The translations under genes and the position numbers were made by a program. A stretch of DNA of 64,000 nt from Octopus sinensis (lineage: Eukaryota), in the NCBI RefSeq assembly GCF_006345805.1, contig NC_043005.1, forward strand, positions 101,804,001 to 101,868,000, written 5' to 3'. The number at the start of each line of letters is the position of its first letter. Positions within the stretch are counted from its first letter, which is position 1. The notes under the pieces were generated by a model. The model saw nothing but the letters and a program-made list of their open reading frames with translations. It did not search any database and had not been told where the DNA came from. Of this stretch, positions 12,859 to 25,267 are shown piece after piece.

Positions 12859-13753
12859 TATATGCATACACATATTGAAAAATTCATGATGTAAATTTTA
12901 AATTGGACCATGACATGTTTAAAAGAAGCTGTTCCCTATACATCTGTGTGTCTGTCTATCTCCCTATACATATATATATGTGTGTGTGTGTATATGTGTG
13001 CGTGTGTATGAGAACATGCCTGTGGTGTGCGTATGTGTGCGTATGCATGTCTAGGGGGGAGTTGTATGCGAATAGTGGGCGTATCTCGTTCCCTACAAAG
13101 TCACGTGTGTTCTTATATTGTTGTTTTCGTTTTATATCAAAATCAACGTTCACGCAAACTGTGTTCCTTTTGAAAACGTCACCTTAAAGCATACCTGTAT
13201 ATCACTCATCTATTTACGTATTTACTTGTCTATTTTATCACTATCTTAGATCTATCTACAAACACTTTTTGCCCGCTAAGAACTCCATTTTAATTGTTTT
13301 CCATTGAGTGGATTTTCCTTTGTTCTCTTACGTGAACTTATTTTAGATTCTGTTAAGTTCAAACGAAAATATTGGATAAAGAATCAAGGAAAAGATGAAA
13401 ACATTGTTTTTGATTACCGTCTAATCGACCGAAATTCTTTAAGTTGTTTCTTCGCTTTCCTTCATTTATCTCCTCTATGTCCGCAAGGTAAGTACTCCAT
13501 TGGTGTTACTTCGGTACAGCTATCGCAGTGATGATCATCAAGGAATACCACATCACTTTAGGTTAGCCTGTAGCATCTGTTACGATATTTTTACAGAGAA
13601 CGAGCGATAATATTTGTGTCCGTGTATGTGTGTTACAAGTTGAATAAATAGGTTTTTCGATGAAAATTCTCAAAATACCATTGTGATCAAACTCCAACTT
13701 TCTTAACAATATATTAGAATTGAAGAAAATTGCCAGAGAAGCAATGTGTTCCA

Positions 13754-14145
13754 TCTCTACATATACAAAGCTGAAGTTGTCTGTGTATGGCAGTTTCAGT
13801 AGTCTTCAACTAACACTATCTCCTCCAAGACCCTGCGGCGCAAGTTGACCAAAATTGAGAGTATGATAGAAGAAGGCTTGCTCTTCATTTCGTAGAAGAA
13901 ACAAATCAACTCTAACCATGTTAACACCAAAAATATTTACATCAAAAAGGTGCTTTTTTTCTATGAAAAATCCCTACTTTTTATGATTTTTTGACTGCTG
14001 TGTCGCCATTTTTCGGTGTATTTCAACCAGAAAAATGTTCACTTCAAGAAAATAACAAGCTACATAACGCAAAGGTTTTACTTTCCAAAAATTCCAATTC
14101 TAAAGGGTCGAAACAAACCCAAGCAATGCCGAGCGATACTGCTAG
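13754..14145 (+). mobile_element. Non-autonomous Helitron
   Basis: Begins A|TC (13753/13754) and ends CTAG|T (14142-14146). A degenerate GC-rich subterminal hairpin (CCCAAGCAATGCCGAG) precedes the end. No TSD. Confidence 0.7.
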
Positions 14146-14643
14146 TAGTAGATATTTGCAGAAGCATCAAACATCAAGGAGTGCTACACTGCAATACTGC
14201 AGCACGTACCATTAATCTTTGTGATGTGAACGACTGCTGAACTACTGTCCGATCTCTTCACCGTTGAGGAATTGTGGGTGATGAAGACCGTCTGTGCAGC
14301 TGCGAAATTTGCAAGAAATATCAGCCAAATTACCTTATATAATATGCTAATGACTTAAAATAGGGAAACTCGTATGTAGGGGAATGTTGTCGTAGATTCA
14401 GTATATTCAAGAAGTTAGATGAAGTGTCCTCCAATGGAGCGCCATGGATCGAGAATAACTATTGTATGACAGAAAAGACAGATTGGTCCAGAGACAGAGG
14501 GCGCATCTGTAGATTGTAGCTGGTCAGACTACTGCCATGTACCAGTTGTTAGCTCAATCAGAAATAACCTAGAGTTTACACAACAACAACAAAAGCAGTA
14601 GGAATAGCATCAACAACAACTATGATAATCTAGCATGGGGAAA

Positions 14644-15242
14644 GGCGGCGAGCTGGCAGAAACGTTAGCACGCCGGGCGAATTGCTTAGCGGTATTTCGT
14701 CTGTCGTTACGTTCTGAGTTCAAATTCCACCGAGGTTGACTTTACCTTTCATCCTTTCGGGATCGATAAATTAAGTACCAGTTACGCACTGGGGTCGATG
14801 TAATCAACTTAATCCGTTTGTCTGTCCTTGTTTGTCCCCTCTGTGTGTAGCCCCTTGTGGGTAGTAAAGAAAAAGGTATTTCGTCTGTCGTTACGTTTTG
14901 TGTTCAAATTCCGCCGAGGTCGACTTTGCCTTTCATCCTTTCGAGGTCGATAAATTAAGTACCAGTTACGCGCTGGGATCGATGTAATCGACTTAATCCG
15001 CTTGTCTGTCATTGTTTGTCCCCTCTGTGTGTAGCCCCTTGTGGGTAGTAAAGAAAAAGGTATTTCGTCTGTCGTTACGTTTTGTGTTCAAATTCCGCCG
15101 AGGTCGACTTTGCCTTTCATCCTTTCGAGGTCGATAAATTAAGTACCAGTTACGCGCTGGGATCGATGTAATCGACTTAATCCGCTTGTCTGTCATTGTT
15201 TGTCCCCTCTGTGTTTAGCCCCTTGTGGGTAATAAAAACACA
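14644..15242 (+). mobile_element. SINE family A, trimeric copy with 20-bp TSD
   Basis: One head followed by units restarting at GTATTTCGTC at 14876 and 15060 (184-bp period). TSD GATAATCTAGCATGGGGAAA at 14624-14643 and 15243-15262. Confidence 0.93.
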
Positions 15243-15264
15243 GATAATCTAGCATGGGGAAATA

Positions 15265-15620
15265 AGATGCAGTTTAGAGCAGTGTAGAGCGAGATGTGTT
15301 GTAATGAAGTGTAGCAGAGTAGATTAGAGTAGATTAACGTTGTGCTTTGTGTTGAAATGTGATGTAGTTTAATGTAATAAGGTGTAGTATATAATAGTGT
15401 GGTTTTATATGGTGTAATGTCCTGTACGGTCCTGTGGTATGGTGTAATGTAGTTCTGTATAATATAGTTTATTGTAGTCTTGTCATGTAGTGCAGTGTGG
15501 TGTAGCGTTGTATAGTTTAATGTGGTGTGGTTTTGTGTCGTGTACTGTGAAGCGGTGGTGCCGGTGGGTTGTAATGTAATGATGTGTGCAAAAGTATTGT
15601 GTAGTAGGTGTGTGAGCATA
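15265..15620 (+). repeat. Degenerate pentamer simple repeat (TGTAG/TGTGG-like)
   Basis: 5-nt periodicity, for example GTGTAG CAGAG TAGAT TAGAG and GTGTGGTGTAG. Confidence 0.6.
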
Positions 15621-15627
15621 TCTAGTG

Positions 15628-15945
15628 TTGTGTGGTTTAGCGGTTCGGGTATTCGATTCACGATCGTAAGGTCTTGAGTTCGATACTCGGTGGCGTTATG
15701 CGTCGTTGAGCAAGACACTGTATTTCTCGTTGTTCCAGTTCACTCAACTGATGAAAATTATTAGTACCTGTATGTTCAAAGGGGCACACATGTCACATTC
15801 TGTGTCACGCTAAATATCCCTTAAGAAATTTAAGGATAAGCATGTCTGTGGAGTGCTCTGTCACTTGGACGTTAACTTCACATGGAGGCTGTTCCTTTGA
15901 CCACATCAACTGAAAACACTCGTCGTAGTAATCGACGGAGTACCA
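15628..15945 (+). mobile_element. SINE family C, diverged copy
   Basis: TGGTTTAGCGG...CACGATCGTAAGGTCTTGAGTTCGATACT head, TTGAGCAAGACAC, TGTCTGTGGAGTGCTC. Matches the reverse complement of 10571-10873. Confidence 0.75.
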
Positions 15946-16837
15946 GCATGGTGTGGTCTAATGTGGTATATAAGTGCTCGCTTAGTGTAGAATAGTATGA
16001 CGTGACGATGAGTCGCAGAAATCTTGGAACTACCTACCAATATCTCACCTAAATACATTTACTAAAATTTATAAAATTTTCGAAATTATGTCACAGCACA
16101 CTCATTATATTTCTGAAAAGAAATTCTTTGTCCAAATTCTTAGATTGTCTCAGCTTACAACAAACCCTCTTAATGTTGTTTCCTCAAAATTTATTACTCT
16201 ATTAAGTCCACCTCCAACATATTTGTATAACTTTGTGTCAATCTCACCGAACTATATTACTGCCATGTTTTAAGTGCCTGTTCATTTATGGCTGAATTTT
16301 GCTTCTTAATATTCCAATATTTCAAGAATTTCATATGAACTGTATAAATGTTATGAATTGCTGTTTATGTAGCACTTTAAACCCTCTGTCTTTGCACCGC
16401 TTCCAGGAATATTAAAACTATTGTTGCAGTCTATAGAAAATTTCTTGTTAGCTGCCAGAGAATGCTTTTGTTTTTGTCTTTTTATTTTTGCATTTCTTTT
16501 GTAATGGCTGCTTCAGCTGTCTCTACTCCACTGCTATAGTTATGGCCGTGATGCTGACAGTAATGGCGATGTTGTTGTCTCTGTTGGTGTTGTTTAAATT
16601 ATCCTCTATTGCCCGTTCATTTTTCCTCTCCGGTATCTCCATCGCCAGCAGTACCTACTTCCATAGCCAAAGTGCAGACATTCTGTCTCCATTTTACAAC
16701 TCCTCAAGTAACGTTGGGCTTCCATTTCCTTTCCAACATGGATGTCAGTCACTTCTGTTCAATGTCCTTTGTAACTCACCGGAAGTTGCTCTTGTAACCA
16801 TCGATAGCTTAATGCAATCTTTCTTTCCACTTCTTCG

Positions 16838-17430
16838 TTTCTTCTTCTTCTTCTTCTTCTTCTTCTCTTCTTCTTCTTCTTCTTCTTCTTCTTCTCTTCT
16901 TCTTCTTCTTCTTCTTCTTCTTCTTCTTCTTCTTCTTCTTCTTCTTCTTCTTCTTCTTCTTCTTCTTCTTCTTCTTCTTCTTCTTCTTCTTCTTCTCCCT
17001 TTTCATTATTCTTACTATTACTATTGGCATTTTTACTATTTTACATTTTTCTTCATTTCTTTCGTTCCTATGTTTTTCGTTATTTTTCATATTTCAACCT
17101 AGCTCGATAGTTTAGTCATTCACATAATTGCATCTTACTCTTCCTCCTCCTCAGTCCCAACATCATCATTATCAGCAACATCAGTAACAGCAACGACATC
17201 ATAAGTGTCATTACCTTTCCATTAATTTTCGTTGTAGTTGTTGCTGTCACCATCATCCTCATCATCATCGTCATCATCACCATCGTCCTCGTCGTTATCA
17301 TCATCGTCGTCGCCGTCGTCGTCATCACCATCATCATAATCCCCCTTCTCCTCCTCCTCTCCTTCTTCTTCTCCTTCTTCTTCTTCAGCTTCTCTTTCTT
17401 CCTCTCCTTCATCTTCTTCCCCTTCTTGGA
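16838..17430. repeat. (CTT)n tract and mixed CAT/CGT/CTC triplet low-complexity region
   Basis: About 50 CTT units at 16840-16995, followed by degenerate triplet repeats. Confidence 0.9.
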
Positions 17431-18415
17431 TGTCTTTTCCCATCTTTTACATCCGTTACTCCTCCATCCGCTGACCAGGTTTCTTTTCATACAAAGTCGA
17501 CAAGATGAACGAATGTCGATGTTTGTGCTGTGGGCGGAAATAAGAAGGATTGCTTCCATTGATGCTGTTGTTCTGACGTCACTTAAAACCGAGGGACATA
17601 CTTACTACCATTACGTGTAGGTGGGGAAAGGAAAACAGTATTTGCATGCACCTGTATGTATGTATGTATGTATGTATGTAGGTATGTAGGTATGTATGTA
17701 TGTATGTATGTATGTATGTTTGTATGTATGTATGTGTGTGAGTGTGTATGACTATGTGTATGTATGTATTTCATGATGTATATTACAGTGAATTAATTTC
17801 TACCTCTGTGTGTTTCATTTAAAGTGTAATTGCAACTACCTACCAGACTTACGCCCTGTGAATAGAGATCGAGAAAGTATCCGTTAACGGCGTCATGTTA
17901 ACAACTTAGAATCTGTCACTAGCATAATGTGATAATCATTACACCTGCCAAGAAAATATACCATCTCTTCCATAGAGAACAATGAAATCTGTCAAAACTA
18001 TTACGACCGCTAGCCAGCTTCACACTCTTTATGCTGTAGCGACCGCGCGAAACATTTACTGCCGAAACTGGATTGCAAAGTTTAAAAGCTTTCTTTACAT
18101 TTAGGAATTACCTCATCTGTGATCCCTAAATAACCAACCACGAAGCTCTACAATGAATTACTGATCCCATATACATCAAACAATGCTGTCGCTACAGACA
18201 CACGCATTAATAAAAGGTTATCGAGCACACAGCAAATGATTGAGTAAACAATACAAATGCACTGTTTTCATTCTCTGCCTGTTGCCTCACCATTACAATA
18301 GCCTCTGTATATCAATCCTCACGCCTTTCGGACTTTTTATTTAACCGCAACTTTCACACTTACTATTTATTACGTCATTATCTACATTTTCCGTCACCAT
18401 TTTATTATCTCTGCT

Positions 18416-18812
18416 GGCATTGCTGTGTGGTAAGGAGCTTTGCTTCCCAACCGCATGGTTCTGGGTTCTGTCCCACTTCATAATGCCTTGAGCAAATGTC
18501 TTCTAATATAGCCAAGTACCGACCAAATCCTTGTGAGTGGATTTGCTATACGAAAACTGAAAGAAGCCCGTCGTATATATATGTGTGTGTGTGTATGTAT
18601 GTGTGTGTGTGTTTCTGTATCAGTTTGTACCCCCACGCACATCGCCTGACAACAGATGCTGGTGTTTTTACGTCCACATAAGTTTGTGGTTCAGCAAAAG
18701 AGACTGACAGAATAAGTACTAATCTTAAAAATGTCCTGGGGTCGATTAGTTCGACTAAAAGCTTACAAGGCGGTGTCCTAGTATGGCCGCAGTCAAATGA
18801 CTGAAACAAGCA
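18416..18812 (+). mobile_element. SINE family B, diverged full-length copy
   Basis: Head, internal (TA)/(TG) tract and tail all align with 18931-19320. Confidence 0.8.
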
Positions 18813-18930
18813 GACCAAAATAAATATGTTCTCTGTCTCTGTTGACTTCTGTCGCTCTTACGGCAACCACTGCTTCTCTATTCATCTTTTAACGGTATTA
18901 TATCTGTCTTTTTATACATCTTTTTATACA

Positions 18931-19075
18931 GGCGCAGGAGTGGCTGTGTGGTAAGTAGCTTGCTTACCAACCACATGGTTCCGGGTTCAGTCCCACTGCG
19001 TGGCATCTCGGGCTGACCAAAGCCTTGTGAGTATATTTGGTAGACAGAAACTGAAAGAAGCCCGTCGTATATATG

Positions 19076-19111
<36 letters not shown>

Positions 19112-19320
19112 AGTGTGTGTGTATGTGTATGCGTGTGTGTGTGTCTGTGTTTGTCCCCCCAACATCGCTTGACAACCGATGCTGGTGTGTTTGCGTCCGT
19201 AACTTAGCGGTTCGGGATAAGTACTAGGCTTACATAGAATAAATCCTGGGGTCGATTTGCTCGACTAAAAGGCGGTTTTCCAGCATGGTCGCAGTCAAAT
19301 GACTGAAACAAATAAAAGAG
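18931..19320 (+). mobile_element. SINE family B, near full-length
   Basis: GGCGCAGGAGTGGCTGTGTGGTAAG (A box), GGGTTCAGTCCC (B box), internal (TA)n(TG)n, tail CAGTCAAATGACTGAAACAAATAAAAGAG. Confidence 0.88.
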
Positions 19321-20598
19321 AAATACAGAATCTCTTGTACCTCTCTACCTCTCTGTGTGTATTTCTGCATCTCTGTTCCTGCTTTTAGAAAACCACTCTG
19401 TATCTCCTTTCACTCTCTTCAATATCTCCTTCATCGCCGGAAAAGTCTCTAAAACCGACTTGTTTTTAACAATTTCGACTTTCACCCATCAATCCTAAAT
19501 CCTCTTATAATTTAAACAACGTACGAAGCCCCCCTTCCAGTGCTTCTACTGTCATTCCTTCACCTTCTGCTCTCTTGGTCTCCCACTCCAGACATCGGTC
19601 AAGAGATATTCAACCTGAGTGCCACGCAGCTAACTCACCAGTCATACAAAAAGGTCACAAATTCATAATTGAATAATGGTATCGTTGGTTAATGGCTTTC
19701 ATTGAGCAAATCTCTTGTTCCTCTCATTAATGATGTCAAGGTGAGATTACCGAGTGAGTGCATGCAACCGGTTGCGTAAGAAATTCTCGAGTGACTTAGT
19801 ACGTAACACCAGATTTTCAATTTTCTAATACTTATAATTTTCAGCGATATACACTAGTGATGCGCGCGCTCACACACACACACTCACACGCTCACACAAA
19901 TACGCATACACATAACCTATTCGGTGTCCCTCTCACCAATGTTTATTGCGATGAAAATCGAGGATAAGTCCGATGTCTAACGTACTACGTCACTTAAGAC
20001 ATTTGTTCTGCACCGAATTACAGACACTTCAGTCTTATTCTGGCTTTGCTGTGATGAATGTATACATCGGATATGTAACCTTCTGCATCAGTATTTATCT
20101 TAAGATGCTAGTTTTCACAAATCCGGTAAAAGTCTAATCAGTCGGCTTCGCGTTTTTAATGACTGTGTTCATATGTATAAAAATCCAACAGGTTTAGTAC
20201 GTGTTAAATGCATATATACACGTGACAACATGTAGACACATCGTTGTATACGCGTATATGTGCCAAAACACATAAGCCCACACATGCAATGATTGTAGAC
20301 GCACTGACACGCAGACATGTGCACTTATATACAAACACACAGGTGTAATAAAATATACATACATCTATAAATATATGAGTTCACACATGCATGCACAATT
20401 AACTCTCCAGTCAATGTTTACATCTTAAAAAGAGCCGAGTTTTGGGATTAGAAATGGAATCATTTTTTTTGCCTGTTAGCAAGAAATTTAAGAAATTCAT
20501 TTCGAATAAAATTAAATTATACACGTATAAATTTGCACGTAGATGCATTCTTACATTAACGTATAAATATTTTCGTAAATGTATACGTATATTCATAC

Positions 20599-20945
20599 AC
20601 GAGCAAAACGTCTCCTGTCCAATGGACGGTACTGAGTTGTCAAACATTTAAACCAAATTTTCTCAAAACAATTTGTCCGACCGTCCCATAGGCCTCCACT
20701 TTGAAAAACACTGATTTAATCTAAATTTGAGACACCAGCAAAAAAAGAAATAAAGATAAACTTTTTTCTATTCCAAAGAATGCTTTATCGATCGCATTCT
20801 CACCTGGAATCGATTTTTGTAATTTTTTCAAGGCTTATACACGCCCTGATACAGTCGGTATCTACATATCAAATTTGAGTGCAATTGGATGGAGGATGCC
20901 TGAGATCCTAGAAGACACACACACAGACAGAACGGATTTTATATA
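20599..20945 (-). mobile_element. Non-autonomous Helitron/Helentron-like repeat, second copy
   Basis: Reverse complement of 10985-11400 with internal deletions. Retains the terminal hairpin (plus strand GTCCAATGGAC). Confidence 0.6.
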
Positions 20946-21437
20946 ATAGATAAACTTATGCTTATATAACAAAGGTCTGTTATATAAACGGCAGTGTTTC
21001 TACAAATCCACGAGAACCAATAGAGTGAAAGCGTAAACATTGTTCGAAGAGTGCAGAGAAATGCTACAAATATTATAAACAAGCAAAGTGAAGGGATTAC
21101 AGCCAATGCAGGGTTAGATGTTGGATTAGTTAAGCGCACACAGATACTAATTAAACACTGATCGATCTTGTTTAATTGTAACTGGCTATGGTTTTTCATA
21201 ATTAGTATGAATCATTAAGAGAAATGTGTAACTGGCATAATTACCCCATCTAATTATATAGATCCATTAAATCGTGGACAATACTTCAGCAGATGACGTC
21301 AAATTAAGAGAGATGAAGGAATGAAGACATCAGAGAGGTGGAAAGGAAACAACGGCAATGAAATGTGCTGAAAGTGTAGTCTGAAGGAGGGGGGGGCATA
21401 TTTGTTTTAATGATATGATGACGGCAACGATGATGAC

Positions 21438-21440
<3 letters not shown>

Positions 21441-21470
<30 letters not shown>

Positions 21471-21580
21471 TAATAATAATAATAATAATAAGAGGAAGAA
21501 GAAGAAGAAGAAGAAGAAGAAGAAGAAGAAGAAGAAGAAGAAGAAGAAGAAAAAGAAGAAGAAGATGAAGAAGAAGAAAA
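21441..21580 (+). repeat. (AAT)n(GAA)n compound microsatellite
   Basis: Directly visible. Confidence 0.95.
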
Positions 21581-21664
21581 GCAACAAGGCGAATATGGAT
21601 GTGGAAAAAGGGAATATAACGAGAATCATTGCACCATATATTGGTGTGTAATGGGATGCGTTAC

Positions 21665-21698
<34 letters not shown>

Positions 21699-21924
21699 AT
21701 ATGTATGTATGTATACATACAGACATACATACCGTGAGTGAGTGGAAAGAGAAAAGAAAATGGCACTCCACACATTTGGTAAAAATGACGTAATATTTAA
21801 CAGCAATTTCATTCAGATCCTTGCAACTTAAAATGATGTGATCTCGTAGTCTTGCCGAACAAACCTATCGTGGCAAGTCGTAGATATCGAAATATATAAT
21901 CGTATATATATATATATATATATA

Positions 21925-22496
21925 CAGACATGCAGGAAGTAAATAGGCACCTTTAATTTTCAAAATCTTTTGATATTAAATGGCTGAAAGACAGGTTTTC
22001 TTCTAGCCGCTCGTCCATAATGCCCAACCTTATGCAGATATGTAACACACGTTCTTGGACTAACTTCTAACTGTTTTGCAATGTCAGAATCTTTCGAACG
22101 GGGTTCGTTTTCCAAAATTCCCTTCAGCCAGCGAAGCTGCCTTTCCGAGGATCCAGGTCGGCCGGGACGAGAATCTGTTGATTCTTTTCCTTGGCTTTTG
22201 AATTGCACTTTCATTCTATTAACAGTATCAAGAGGAATGTGAAGATTTTAGTCAATTTTTCACTGGCTAGGACCAGCCACAGATTGCCCAACAGTACGAC
22301 CTCTTTGAAAATCTGATAGTTGTGCTGAAATTTTTTGTACGTGCCATTGTTACTATTCGCAAATGTTTAATAAAATGACACCTGGAGTGAAAAAGAATAA
22401 TTACATTGTAAAATATAACACCGCTCAAAACATATTAACACGCTTAGATCAGAAATTTTAAAAAGTAAAGGTGTCCACTTACTTCCTGCATGTCTG
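21925..22496 (-). mobile_element. Internally deleted Tc1-family DNA transposon
   Basis: Imperfect TIRs of about 35 bp, starting CAGACATGCAGGAAGTAA, at both ends in (TA)n. The minus strand encodes a paired-like DNA-binding region (LSDFQRGRTVG...DSRPGRP...[11 protein letters not shown]...[11 protein letters not shown]). The DDE domain is absent. Confidence 0.88.
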
Positions 22497-22536
22497 TGTA
22501 TATATCTTCCAAGGGTACGATATATGTATATATATA

Positions 22537-22648
<112 letters not shown>

Positions 22649-22727
22649 TATATATAAATATATATATATATATATTATATATATACATATATAAATACAT
22701 ATATAAATATATATATACATATATAAA

Positions 22728-22959
22728 TTAGAAAAAAACCCCACCTTTTATCAATTCAATAATGAAAAATTATACCATTTATAAAAATTACATATTATAG
22801 AAAGATTAAATTTAAGATAAAACATATAACAATAATTAAGTAATATGCAAAATCGTAAATAAAACGTATATATTTGGTAGAATATATTATAGTTTGTGAA
22901 ATTTGATTCAGTATTTCTAAATTGAATTTTTCCCTGCAATTTTGGAATAATATTCCCTC

Positions 22960-22960
<1 letters not shown>
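22728..22960. repeat. Short AT-rich insert embedded in (TA)n, possibly a Penelope terminal fragment
   Basis: About 230 bp of non-microsatellite sequence bounded on both sides by (TA)n, like other inserts in this window. No motif identified. Confidence 0.35.
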
Positions 22961-22994
<34 letters not shown>

Positions 22995-23573
22995 ATCTGA
23001 ATATGAATTTATTCAGTATCTTCCCCTCTCAGACTCACAAACTTATTACATCAGTCCTTCAGTTTTTCTAAAAACTCGGAAGTTTGGGCGTCTAGCCAGA
23101 TCTTTCATGTAACCCTTAAAGCTTAGAACTGTTCTGAACCCCCCCCCGTTCTGTTTCTAAAGGTTTTGTGCTTCTCTTTCTCGTAGAAGTTCTCCTACAC
23201 ATGGAACAGTTATTTCTCCAATATTTATCAATCGGTTTGTCTACAGAAATGTTTACGTGTAGATCAGGCTCCATAAAAGCGACCGTGTATAAATGCTACG
23301 CCTTCTACATCCTATGTCCTTATATCCATTGCTATTGATTTCGGAAAGATATTATCATACGCTACACTGCCGGACTGAATTGTTCTCATAATTTCTTTCA
23401 GATAAATATATTAGTTCTGTTACACTTGAATTCGATGTAAGTTTTAATTGGAATATTCCACAAATAGTCACATTCTTGAACAGTTTCTGACTATATGCAT
23501 AATTGTACAGATGCCTGTGCGTACTGTGTGTACGCATGTGTATAGGTATACACACACACACACGCACACACAT

Positions 23574-23614
<41 letters not shown>

Positions 23615-23673
23615 AAAACACACACACGCGCACACACACATGTATATATAATAAAACATATATATATGTATAG

Positions 23674-23714
<41 letters not shown>

Positions 23715-24758
23715 CAGATATAGATAGAAAGATAGAGAATAGATAGATGATTATAGATATACTTAGAAAGGTAAGAAGATGTATGTAGGTATAACTATGA
23801 ATGCCAATATGCATTCACATGTATGTATGTATCTAATTATTGCCAACTACGAGTAAGACTTTAAATTCCTAATCATAGCACATCCATGTTATGAAGGTCA
23901 CCAATTCCTAATCTACCGGCTACACACGACATATTATATATTAAAATCCTCGTTAAATGAGCTTCTGCACGTTATTGAAATGAGGATAATTGGATGCGGT
24001 AACCATAACCCTAGACAGTAGTCTACTGGTGTATGCGATTTCAATTACTGAAAGTAATATAACGAACTTATTACGCTAAGAATATATTGTATAGGAACGA
24101 AATGGAGGCTGCACTTTTACATAAGATAATTTCAGTTGAAATTTATGGTATATGTTTTGGTATATTTTGTTTTTGCAATGCCACGTGAGATTTTTCTACT
24201 TATCTATTTATTTAGCATTACTGAGAAGGTTAACAGATATTCTCAGACATTTTTAGGTATAATGTTGGCGTGTAGAAGTCAGCAAGAAATATTCTGGATG
24301 TTATCAATCTTTAATGACTCTGAGAAATCGTTCTTTATTCTAATGTTCCCATGGTAATATTGCATTTCGCAGATATCTGTGTATAACGATCGATCCAGTA
24401 ATGCAAAACTGGTTTTTGAGTGCTACTGTTCTATGACAGTTGAGGTCTAAGCAGAGAAATTATGGAGAAGGGCATATTCTATTAAATCAACACTATTTCA
24501 TGTTTGGTAGGTTTTGTAGGTCCGAAAAGACAAAGGATTTTAAAATAGTTGGAATTGCAATTCAGAACATAGGAACTTAGGTTGTACTTTCAATCAAAAC
24601 GATGAAGTGTAAAACTTTAGCCATTGCGTCATTTGAGCAAAAAGTAAAGAAATACATAAACACTGAAGTAAATTCACCTTTCTTATACTGAGTTCATGTA
24701 TAGGCACATTTTGTGATGTGCAACCTATCGAACGAGACTCGGTATCTCGTTGTTACTA

Positions 24759-25267
24759 TTGGGTTGTCCGGAAAGTTCGTGCCGATTTTTAAAGGAAAGA
24801 AAAAGGTCAATAAGTACTTGCCATTACATTTTTAATCAACCAAATATGAACCATTTTGTTGCACAATGCGTCTCCATCTTTCCTCTAACTTGAAAATACC
24901 CTCTTCCCAGAACTGAGGTGGTTTCGTGGCAAAGCATTCATCAAGGTATCTATTAACGTAATCCAAGGAATTGAAATTTTACCATTAAGACTATTTTGCA
25001 GAGAAATCCGAAAGGGCAATATCTGGTGAATATGGAGGGTGGGGTAACACATCCTAGCCGAGCTGCAGCAATTTTTGTCTGGTTCCCAAAGCATCAAGTG
25101 CCGAAAATGAAGTTTCTTATCTTTCATTTTAAAGGGTTACAGGATTAACACAGGTTATAGGAACATAAACCTTCTTCCACGAAAAGATAGCTTAAACTGT
25201 GCTCTAAATGGAGGTGTAGTCAAATGTAAGCTACTATAAATCGGCACGAACTTTCCGGACAACCTAA
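24759..25267 (-). mobile_element. Internally deleted mariner element
   Basis: About 30-bp TIRs, TTGGGTTGTCCGGAAAGTTCGTGCCGATTT and AAATCGGCACGAACTTTCCGGACAACCTAA, with TA on the left. The minus strand has the N-terminal MKDKKLHFRHLMLWE joined to the C-terminal motif DVLPHPPYSPDI. Confidence 0.92.

Noticed and set aside
14809-15196. Two near-identical 67-aa ORFs suggesting a tandem peptide gene
   Set aside because: They are antisense readings of the 184-bp SINE units.
16488-17559. Poly-Leu, poly-Lys and highly acidic ORFs
   Set aside because: All arise from triplet simple repeats that are open in several frames on both strands.
10985-20945. Inverted copies at 10985 and 20599 as termini of one 10-kb transposon
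   Set aside because: The copies are diverged with different indels, and no TSD or internal transposase was seen. Independent insertions are the simpler explanation.
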